DNA from: Rubripirellula sp.
GTDB lineage: Bacteria; Planctomycetota; Planctomycetia; Pirellulales; Pirellulaceae
DNA: 64,000 bases
Reading direction: 5' to 3'
Assembly (NCBI GenBank): GCA_965216875.1
Contig: OZ244207.1
Coordinates: 7,168,001-7,232,000 of the forward strand
The notes under the pieces were generated by a model. The model ran no database searches. It saw only the letters and a program-made list of their open reading frames with translations, and had not been told where the DNA came from. Shown here piece after piece: positions 39,181-47,281 of this stretch. Position 1 is the first letter of the stretch. Each line of letters opens with the position of its first letter. The translations under genes were made by a program, and so were the position numbers.

Positions 39181-40087
39181 CACAAGTCACATCCATGTGG
39201 TTTGCAATTGATTCAGCGGTCAGCAACCGAACTGGCAGATTTCCAGCGGCTCCCTCCGCAAAGAGGCTCTTCCTCTCTAGATCGACTTCGGCGACAGGGG
39301 GATTCACTGGAATTCCCCATCCAACCCAAAGTGAAATTGAGGAAATGTCAGACTTTGCCGGCAGCCGCGTGACCTTTGGTGTCAGTGAAAGTGCCCATAT
39401 AGATCCTGGCGGGTCGGTTTCGGGTTTCTCCAAATCCCTGATCGGGTTGCCGCACACTTGGTCGGGGTGTCGTCATCCGTATCACGAGTCGTCTCAAAAT
39501 TAGACGCCTAGTCTTTCAAAAAGATGGAAAAAGTTACACATGAGCTGGACTATTGGGGTGGAGAGCGGAAAGTGATCCAATTCAACAAGATGCGGTCGGA
39601 CGCGGCGAAAACGGAGCTGGAGAGGGCATTTGTCGAACCAAAACGTTCGGAATCGCGCCGTTTGGCCCAAGATTTCCAGATAAGAACCGTTGACTGAGTA
39701 GGAAACTGCCAAATGGAAGGGCGCTTCCCCCCGCCCGTGCGGTCGGGATCGTCACGGTCAAGATTTGACAACAGTGGTAAAAAGAGTTCGACAGGCGAAC
39801 TTAGTGTCCAAAACAACAGTCTTTTTAAGGAAACAGCACAACTCGATTACGCGTAGTAATCATGTGGGTTGATGACAAGGAGTCGTCAGCCGTTGCCAAC
39901 GGAAGCCGTCAGCCGGTTAGTGGGTCGAACCTCCACGAAGGCTGATGCCAACCAGACGCAACACCAACCAACATCGCTCTACGGATAGAGGGATACCTGG
40001 GCAACTTTGATTTTTCGAGTGAGCGACCCGCCGGGGTCGCAGGGAAAGGATGGACACTCGAGCGATCGGCACTGGGAGATGACGTCG

Positions 40088-41761
40088 ATGCACCAAGACT
40101 ATCGCGACGCCAAAATCAAGGAACTTCGAGACCAACTGACTCGCTTTGCTCCAAAGGCAAAGAAGATCGAACAAGCTGCGCTTACAGAGGCGGTTTACGG
40201 CGAGATCGAATCGGACCGATCGTACGCCTTCGATTACCTCTGTTACCGAATCACCAAATACCGTCCCGAAACCCCCAGTCGCCACAGCATTGCTTCGGCC
40301 GACCTGAAGCACGATCTGCGTCTTCTGATTGAAGACCTAAGCGACTCTGCCGATATCACCGTCGGCGAAGTTTCAGAGCCAGTTCACACCGTCGATGAAC
40401 TGAGCAAGATGTTCAACGTTTCGACCAAGACAATCAGCCGCTGGCGTGATTCGGGGTTGGTCAGTCGTCGATTGTTGTTCGGCGGTCGTAAGCGAGTTGG
40501 CTTCTTGCACAGCTCGGTGGAACGCTTCGTCAACAACAACCGCGACAAGATTCGACGCGGCGAACGCTTCAGCCAACTGACTGATGACGAAAAGAGCGAG
40601 ATGATCGAACGCGCTCGCCAGTTGGTCGAAGGAGGCGCGAGTCTTTCGGAAGTGACTCGGCGACTTGCTGACCAAATGAAGCGAAGTCCCGAGACGATTC
40701 GCTACACGCTGAAGAACTTCGATGCCGACCACAAGTCGTTGGCAATCTTCCCGAATCATCGTGGCGCGCTCACCGAAGACGACAAGCGATCAATCTTCAA
40801 GCTGTATGTGCATGGCGCGACCATCGCTCAGCTTTGCAAACGTTTCAAGCGAACGCGAACCAGCATCCAACGCATCCTGCTTGACATGCGATTGGAGCAG
40901 GTCGCCGAGCTTCCGTTGGACTACATCTACAACGAAGACTTCGAGGTCACGTCGCGCGAAGGCGAATACGTTGGTGACATGCCCGAAGCGGCATCAGCAC
41001 CTCGTAAGGTTCGCGTGCCATCCGGTTTGCCAAGTTACCTTGCTGCGCTTTATGAAGTCCCGCTGTTGACGCGTGAGCAGGAGTATCATCTTTTCCGCAA
41101 GATGAACTACCTCAAGCACAAAGCCAACCGGTTGCGTGAGAGTCTTGCCAAAACCCAAGGTAGCAAGACGGCGATCATGGACGAGATTGACGAGCTTTAC
41201 GAACAAGCCGTCTTGGTCAAAAACCGAATCGTGCAAAGCAACCTGCGATTGGTCGTCTCGATTGCAAAGCGGCACGTTGCCAGCACCGATGATTTCTTCG
41301 CACTCGTCAGTGACGGAAACATGTCGCTGATTCGCGCCGTAGAAAAGTTTGATTACTCACGTGGCAACAAGTTCAGCACGTATGCTTCGTGGGCAATCAT
41401 GAAGAACTTCGCTCGTACGATCCCCAGCGAGTTCAAGCATCGCGATCGTTTTCGCACGACGACCGAAGAACTCTTTTTGGCTCGCCAGGACGATCGGCTC
41501 GATCCCTATGCTGCTGAATCGGTCCAACGGTCGCGGCAACGTGAACTCTCCAAAATCCTCAACCGTCTCGACGAACGCGAGCAAAAGATCATCACCGCTC
41601 GTTTCGGTCTTGGCCGCGGCAACGAGCCGTTGACGTTGAAGGAAGTGGGCGAGGAAATGGGCGTGACCAAAGAACGCATTCGCCAGCTCGAAGCACGCGC
41701 GTTGACCAAGCTTCGCGAAGCGGCTGATGAAGCGAAGATTGACGTCGAATTGGGCTCGTAG
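40088..41761 (+). CDS. Sigma-70 family factor with long N-terminal HTH-containing extension
   Basis: Region 1.2 SYLAALYEVPLLTREQE; region 2 NLRLVVSIAK...AVEKFDYSRGNKFSTYASW; region 4 LTLKEVGEEMGVTKERIRQLE; GGAG 9 nt before the ATG. Confidence 0.9.
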   Translation: MHQDYRDAKIKELRDQLTRFAPKAKKIEQAALTEAVYGEIESDRSYAFDYLCYRITKYRPETPSRHSIASADLKHDLRLLIEDLSDSADITVGEVSEPVHTVDELSKMFNVSTKTISRWRDSGLVSRRLLFGGRKRVGFLHSSVERFVNNNRDKIRRGERFSQLTDDEKSEMIERARQLVEGGASLSEVTRRLADQMKRSPETIRYTLKNFDADHKSLAIFPNHRGALTEDDKRSIFKLYVHGATIAQLCKRFKRTRTSIQRILLDMRLEQVAELPLDYIYNEDFEVTSREGEYVGDMPEAASAPRKVRVPSGLPSYLAALYEVPLLTREQEYHLFRKMNYLKHKANRLRESLAKTQGSKTAIMDEIDELYEQAVLVKNRIVQSNLRLVVSIAKRHVASTDDFFALVSDGNMSLIRAVEKFDYSRGNKFSTYASWAIMKNFARTIPSEFKHRDRFRTTTEELFLARQDDRLDPYAAESVQRSRQRELSKILNRLDEREQKIITARFGLGRGNEPLTLKEVGEEMGVTKERIRQLEARALTKLREAADEAKIDVELGS

Positions 41762-41774
41762 GCAAGGTTGTTTT

Positions 41775-41805
41775 GGCGTCCCTTGTTGGACGCCACGTCG
41801 TTTTT
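41775..41805 (+). terminator. Possible intrinsic terminator after the sigma gene
   Basis: ggcgtcc-cttgtt-ggacgcc, with ttttt a few bases later. Confidence 0.45.
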
Positions 41806-41886
41806 GGCCTAATGGTCAAAGGCAGCCCATCCGTTTAGGTTGTGTACGAGCTTTTTCAATTCGATCACTCGCTACATGCAACCAAA

Positions 41887-42840
41887 ATGGAAACGCGTCC
41901 TCTGGGTAACACGGGATTGGACCTCTCTGTCCTTTCCTTTGGGGCATCTTCAATCGGTGCCGAGTTCCGCCCCATCGATGTCCCCGAAGCACTTCGGTGC
42001 GTCCGCGTCGCACTCGATCGCGGCATGAACTACATCGACACTGCAGCCTACTATGGCCGTGGGATGAGCGAGTTGATGCTCGGTCGCGTGTTGCCGGAAA
42101 TCTCGCGCGACGACTACCTGCTAAGTACAAAGCTTGGTCGCTACGCACCCAAACACTTTGACTTTAGCGCAAAGCGAGTCTTGGAGTCGGTGGACATTTC
42201 GCTTGAGCGAATGGGTGTGGATCACATCGACATCATCTTCTGTCATGACATCGAGTTTGTCCCACTCGACCAAATCGTCGAAGAGACTCTGCCCGCGCTT
42301 CGCAAAGAAGTCGAGAAAGGAAAGATTCGGTTCATTGGTGTGTCGGGTTACCCAATGAAGATCTTTCATGAGATGCTCAATCGTGCGGATCTTGATGTCA
42401 TCCTTTCGTACAACCATTACACGTTGCAAAACGACATGGCGCTTAGCCTAGTCGAACCTTGTGCCGAAAAGGGCGTGGGGCTGATCAATGCCGCACCGTT
42501 TTCGGCGCGATTGCTGACCGATGCAACGTTGCCCGAGTGGCACAAGTCAACTCCACCCGTTCGCGAAGTGGCCGCCAAAGCCGCCGCTCATTGTCGTGAC
42601 AAAGGGACGGACATCGCCAAGCTTGCGCTGCAGTACTCGGTTGCGAACAAGTCCTTCGCAAGTTGCGTGACGGGTTCAGCGAATCCTGAACGTGTCTCTC
42701 AATGGTGCGATTGGTTGGAAGACCCGCTCGACGAAGAATTGGTCGCCGAAGTGAAAGAGATTCTCGCCCCGATTCACAACTGGGTTTACGCCGATGGTTT
42801 GGACGAGAACGAAGATCCCACCGCGGAACGTGTTGGGTAA
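41887..42840 (+). CDS. Aldo/keto reductase (L-galactose/L-fucose dehydrogenase-like)
   Basis: RPLGNTGL; IDTAAYYG; STKLGR; SLERMGVDHIDIIFCHD; GKIRFIGVSG. Confidence 0.9.
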   Translation: METRPLGNTGLDLSVLSFGASSIGAEFRPIDVPEALRCVRVALDRGMNYIDTAAYYGRGMSELMLGRVLPEISRDDYLLSTKLGRYAPKHFDFSAKRVLESVDISLERMGVDHIDIIFCHDIEFVPLDQIVEETLPALRKEVEKGKIRFIGVSGYPMKIFHEMLNRADLDVILSYNHYTLQNDMALSLVEPCAEKGVGLINAAPFSARLLTDATLPEWHKSTPPVREVAAKAAAHCRDKGTDIAKLALQYSVANKSFASCVTGSANPERVSQWCDWLEDPLDEELVAEVKEILAPIHNWVYADGLDENEDPTAERVG

Positions 42841-42885
42841 AGCTAACATCCTCCTTTCGTCGACAGTACATCTACGAGAATCAAA

Positions 42886-43704
42886 ATGAAATCATGTATC
42901 ACGATCAGCCTGGTTGAAGAGGCACGCGGCGGTCCCTTTGTTCTTTGGGACGGCCTCGAAAAGTCGATCGCCTTTGCCGGTGAACTTGGCTATGACGCAG
43001 TGGAGATTTTTGCTCCCGGTATGGAAGTGATCGAATCCGACAAGCTCGGCAACATGCTCGATGCTGCGGGGCTGAAGCTTGCCGCGCTCGGCACAGGGGC
43101 CGGTTGGGTGAAACACAAACTGCAACTTGCCGATCCTGACGAAGGCAACCGCAAGAAAGCACGTGACTTTGTCCGCTCGGTGATCGATTGTGCGGGTGCG
43201 TTTGGTGCCGGTGCAATCATCGGTTCGATGCAAGGACCCAGCGGCCATACCGGTGACCCCGAGACCGCGCGTGGTTACCTGTGCGAAGCTTTGGAAGAAG
43301 GGGGTGAGGCGGCCAGCAAGCATGGTGTGCCGCTGATCTACGAACCGCTCAACCGCTACGAGACCAAACAGTGCTGTACGGTCGCCGATGGCGTCGAGCT
43401 GCTCGAATCGTTGTCGACCGACAACGTTCGCCTGTTGTGCGATCTGTTCCACATGAACATCGAAGAGACCGACATCGCGGAAGCCTTGTTGACCGGTGGG
43501 AAGTGGGTTGGCCACATCCACTTTGTCGACAGCAATCGGCGTCCGGTCGGTTACGGCCACATGCCATTCACCCGAATCATCGAGGCGCTACGGGCAATCG
43601 ACTATCAGGGTTATCTGTGTGCCGAGGCATTCCCCTACCCCGATCCACACGAAGCCGCGCGTCAAACGATTCGAGCTTTCCGGTATTGGACTCAAACTGA
43701 CTGA
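42886..43704 (+). CDS. Sugar phosphate isomerase/epimerase (xylose isomerase-like TIM barrel)
   Basis: GYDAVEI; EPLNRYE; DLFHMNIEE; HIHFVDSNR; EAF. Confidence 0.9.
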   Translation: MKSCITISLVEEARGGPFVLWDGLEKSIAFAGELGYDAVEIFAPGMEVIESDKLGNMLDAAGLKLAALGTGAGWVKHKLQLADPDEGNRKKARDFVRSVIDCAGAFGAGAIIGSMQGPSGHTGDPETARGYLCEALEEGGEAASKHGVPLIYEPLNRYETKQCCTVADGVELLESLSTDNVRLLCDLFHMNIEETDIAEALLTGGKWVGHIHFVDSNRRPVGYGHMPFTRIIEALRAIDYQGYLCAEAFPYPDPHEAARQTIRAFRYWTQTD

Positions 43705-43718
43705 TCGCGTCTGCGGAC

Positions 43719-43748
43719 GCTACTTTCGCGGCGCGAAAGGCGACATTC
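43719..43748. repeat. REP-like family F (GCTACTTTCGCGGNGCGAAAGGCGACATTC)
   Basis: Near-identical to 54076-54105. Confidence 0.75.
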
Positions 43749-43797
43749 AGAAATCACAATCGAGTGTTTTCGCGGCACGCGGGTACTGCAGCTTGCA

Positions 43798-43911
43798 AAC
43801 ACTCTCCCTTGGGAGAGTCGGGCTCTAAGGCCCGGAGAGGGTCTGTATACACAGGGATCATTCCCTCCCCGGACTTTTGCGTCCGGCCCTCACGCAAGCG
43901 GGAGGGTGATT
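43798..43911. repeat. Palindromic element family G, copy 1
   Basis: 45 bp (43798-43842) identical to 45438-45482, plus shared distal CCCTC.CGCAAGCGGGAG.GTGATT. Confidence 0.85.
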
Positions 43912-43955
43912 GTTGGAACGCACGTTAACCTGGACAAACACCTCACCTGGAGAGC

Positions 43956-44219
43956 TTATTGAGCTCCGTCGTGAAGGATGTCTCGGATCCTGAGGCCAAA
44001 CTTGTCACCAATTTTGACCGTCTCTCCCGTCGCAATCGGTTGGCCTCCCACCTCAAGCATGAGCGGCTCGTCGCAGTGGGCGTCAAAGGTGAGCATTGAA
44101 CCGGGGACGAGATTGACGACCTCGTTGAGAGGTGCACGCTTTCGAGCCAGGGTCACGCAAACCGGAGTGCTGATCGACAACACGCCGCGAGCGTATTCAT
44201 TTTGATACTGGTCATCCAT
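43956..44219 (-). CDS. Stand-alone FliM/FliN C-terminal (SpoA) domain protein
   Basis: VCVTLARK...LNEVVNLVPGSML...IATGETVKIGDKFGLRIRDI. Confidence 0.85.
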   Translation of the reverse strand: MDDQYQNEYARGVLSISTPVCVTLARKRAPLNEVVNLVPGSMLTFDAHCDEPLMLEVGGQPIATGETVKIGDKFGLRIRDILHDGAQ

Positions 44220-44552
44220 CGTCGGTACTGCGCAAATGAGGGTCTTTTTGACGATTTATCGGCTCAGGACAGGCTTGAGATTCCCCAGATTTCCAACATT
44301 AGGGCGAATGAGAGGACAGAGGAGCCAAAAAGGCCACCAACGCTTGGGTTTTTTAGTGCTATCCCCCTGGCAGAGGGTGTGGAGAGAGGCAGCCCGTAGA
44401 TACATTGGGCACATCTCAGCCCGGCGGGCGAGGCGGCCGATCTTCGGAGCGGACGCAGGTTTCTGGGAGCGTTTTTCGCTCCAGGACAAGGCGGCTTGCC
44501 AGCTGGCGATAAACCAAGAAATCCACCGATCTTTGAAATAGAAAGCGACGCG

Positions 44553-45332
44553 ATGTGCTTATTGGCTGTTCAGTATCGCCTGGTCCCCGAAAGCCCCATT
44601 CTGGTAGCGGCCAACCGCGAGGAATACAAAGATCGGCCAAGTTTGCCCCCATCGATTCAATCCGGTAAGCCTCGTGTCCTGTGCGGCATCGATCAAAAGG
44701 CTGGCGGAACTTGGTTGGGCGTCAACCAAAACGGCCTGTTTGTCGGCATCAGCAACCGTGCGACACAAACACCTCTGTTCGGCCAACGCTCGCGAGGCCT
44801 CCTCGGTCTGGATCTGCTTCGCTGCACATCCGCTAGCAAAGCACTCGACAAGGCACATGCCGAGTTTGCAAAGACCCGCTACGAGGGCTGCAACATCATC
44901 ATCGCCGATGCCAAGAATGGTTACGCGATCCACGCCGACGAACGCCAAGAGGTGGTCGAACTGCAAGATGGTTTGAACATCATTGGTGCCCGCAACCTGA
45001 ACGATCCCGAAGACCAGCGAGTGCAAATGGCTCGCCGCTTGTTGACCCTTCAAACGCTCGACTCGCCCGTCAAGTTCCTGGCGGTCGCCAGCCGGGTCTT
45101 TGCTCGTGCACCGGTTGGTCCTGGACGCCCCAGTATGGTGGTGCGAAATGGAGACTACGGGACGGTCAGCAGCACGTTGATCGCTCTGGGCGTGAAGCCT
45201 CGCGACGCGATCTATCAGTTCAGCAACGGTGCTCCTGATCAATCGAAGTACGAGGATTTCTCGCCAATGCTTCGTGACATTCTCAGCCGCGGACTTCGCG
45301 AAGCCCGCACCAAAGCCAAGGTGCAAAGCTAG
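44553..45332 (+). CDS. NRDE/TANGO2 family protein
   Basis: MCLL; AANREE; D.KAGGTWLGVN; SRGLL; YGTVSST. Confidence 0.9.
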   Translation: MCLLAVQYRLVPESPILVAANREEYKDRPSLPPSIQSGKPRVLCGIDQKAGGTWLGVNQNGLFVGISNRATQTPLFGQRSRGLLGLDLLRCTSASKALDKAHAEFAKTRYEGCNIIIADAKNGYAIHADERQEVVELQDGLNIIGARNLNDPEDQRVQMARRLLTLQTLDSPVKFLAVASRVFARAPVGPGRPSMVVRNGDYGTVSSTLIALGVKPRDAIYQFSNGAPDQSKYEDFSPMLRDILSRGLREARTKAKVQS

Positions 45333-45348
45333 GCGACCGCATTGCCAA

Positions 45349-45529
45349 GTGAGCCGCAGGCGATCAGGCCTCGGGCCTTGTTTGCTACTAGACGTGATTT
45401 TGCCCGACGCTAACGCGTTCGGCTCACATTGAGCTTTAACACTCTCCCTTGGGAGAGTCGGGCTCTAAGGCCCGGAGAGGGTTCGTATAGGTTTTAACGC
45501 CCGACCCTCCCGCAAGCGGGAGCGTGATT
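45349..45529. repeat. Inverted family B pair plus family G copy 2
   Basis: gtgagccg...ggctcac at 45349-45427; G at 45438-45529. Confidence 0.8.
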
Positions 45530-45548
45530 CCTGGAGCGCACGGTAACC

Positions 45549-47279
45549 TCATCGCACCATTCCGCGTACCACGCACGCCATCACCAACAGGGCAACCGCG
45601 ATCAGATCCGCCGTCACGATTTTGTGGCTTGTCGCGGACCGACGCAGGTAATCGATCAACCGGCCCGTTGGGCATCCGAACCGACAGTAGCCCATCGGCA
45701 CTGCGGCGGACAGCGTGAGCGTGGACGCGGCAAGCGCGATCACGCCCCACCCCGCGATGCGAAACAGATAAGCATGAAAGGGTTCCCACGACGATAGGTC
45801 GAGCGAGGGAAGCAGGCAGAGGGCGATGTAGGCAGCGCAGAGTGTTGCGCCAGGAAGTCGCCTAAGCCACTTGGTGGCTCGTTTGCTGGGATGAAGTCGC
45901 CATTTCGCTTTGGCCGGCGGTTTGATCAGCTGTTGCAGCGCGCCGTGTGGGCAAAGATGGTTGCAGTAGGGATTGGCTTTGGTCAGCGGAGGAATCAGCA
46001 AGGCGACGCTTGCCATTGCCGCCAAGCCCGGTGCGAGTCGCCATGCGATGCCTTCGGCCGACCAGCCTGCCACCAACGCAAGGGAGACCAGATTGCCGGC
46101 CCACAAGCCGATCACAACAAAGACGCCAGCCAGCCAAACTTTGCGCACGAGTCGAATGCGAAACAGACGTGTCTGACTCAAGATGCCTGCGAGTAGCAAT
46201 ACGATGACGGTCGCAATATCGGTCGTGGTCCAGCGGACGGTCTCCCAAATTGGACGCCGTTTCTCGGCTTGTTCAGCAGCGAGGGCTGCCGCTCGTTGTT
46301 GATGCTCTTTTGCCGCCGCCACCAGTGTGTCGGCAACAGCAAGGCTTGTCATCGTCGCTCCGGAAACCCCTTCGATACGGGCTTGCTGTGGATCGAGTTT
46401 CGACAATTCGGCAAGGGATTGGCCTTCGAACAACGCCCAGTAGCCACGTTCGACTTTGACGTAGCGAACGTAAGGTTGATTGTCATAGGAATTGCGAAGT
46501 CGAATCGACTCGACGTCATCCCCTTCGGCAAGTTTCAGCAGCAGTTCGGTTGGTCCTTGATAGCCAACGACGTCATCACTGAGCGCGCCGGTTCGCATCA
46601 CTCGGCCAAGCAGCGCGCCGTCGTCGTCGAAGACTTGCCCGACGCCGCCCGACTCGGCAATCGTCTCTGCTTCGGGGAACCAGTCGAGAACTTCATTGAC
46701 CTTCAATGCATCGGGGAAAACAAGTGACGGCCGTTCGCCGCCGATCCGTTTTAGGATTCCCTCGGCCAGTGCCATGCTTGTCAGCGTCGCGCCCGAGACG
46801 GCATCGATGCGTGTTTTGGTCTCAGGGCCTCCCCAAGGCCAACCGACGAACTGTTCGAAGAAGGCTCGATCCGCAACGACCGCGTCGACGTGCTCGCCGG
46901 TGTCCGCACTGGAAAGGAGTCGCACGTTGGTCAATTCGAGTTTGTCATTGAAGACCAACATCGCTTCGGTCGGTCCGCGGTAGCCAACGATCGCTTCGGC
47001 ATCGGGCAGCGTTCGCGCGACCGAACCGATCGCATCGCCCGCCGCATCGCGAAGCGTCCACAAGCCTTCCCCGCTCGGCTCGGGATCGATTGCCTCTGCG
47101 TTTGGCGTGACGGCTTGGATCAAATCCAATGCCGGAGCTGCGCCGGGGTCGACGTTTGATTGGTGCGATGGCGAGGGAATGGCCAAAAGCAAAGCGGTAA
47201 TCAAACCGACTCGCAAAGCCTGCACCAGGCCAGCGAGTCGTGATTGCCGCTTACGTATTGGCGTTGGCGATTCGCCCAA
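45549..47279 (-). CDS. NosR/NirI-like membrane protein with two FMN-binding domains and Cys-cluster (4Fe-4S) membrane module
   Basis: GYRGP...DAVSGATLTS and GYQGP...EGVSGATMTS; YCNHLCPHGALQ; YCRFGCPTG; several TMs; start uncertain. Confidence 0.85.
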   Translation of the reverse strand: MGESPTPIRKRQSRLAGLVQALRVGLITALLLAIPSPSHQSNVDPGAAPALDLIQAVTPNAEAIDPEPSGEGLWTLRDAAGDAIGSVARTLPDAEAIVGYRGPTEAMLVFNDKLELTNVRLLSSADTGEHVDAVVADRAFFEQFVGWPWGGPETKTRIDAVSGATLTSMALAEGILKRIGGERPSLVFPDALKVNEVLDWFPEAETIAESGGVGQVFDDDGALLGRVMRTGALSDDVVGYQGPTELLLKLAEGDDVESIRLRNSYDNQPYVRYVKVERGYWALFEGQSLAELSKLDPQQARIEGVSGATMTSLAVADTLVAAAKEHQQRAAALAAEQAEKRRPIWETVRWTTTDIATVIVLLLAGILSQTRLFRIRLVRKVWLAGVFVVIGLWAGNLVSLALVAGWSAEGIAWRLAPGLAAMASVALLIPPLTKANPYCNHLCPHGALQQLIKPPAKAKWRLHPSKRATKWLRRLPGATLCAAYIALCLLPSLDLSSWEPFHAYLFRIAGWGVIALAASTLTLSAAVPMGYCRFGCPTGRLIDYLRRSATSHKIVTADLIAVALLVMACVVRGMVR

Positions 47280-47281
47280 GC

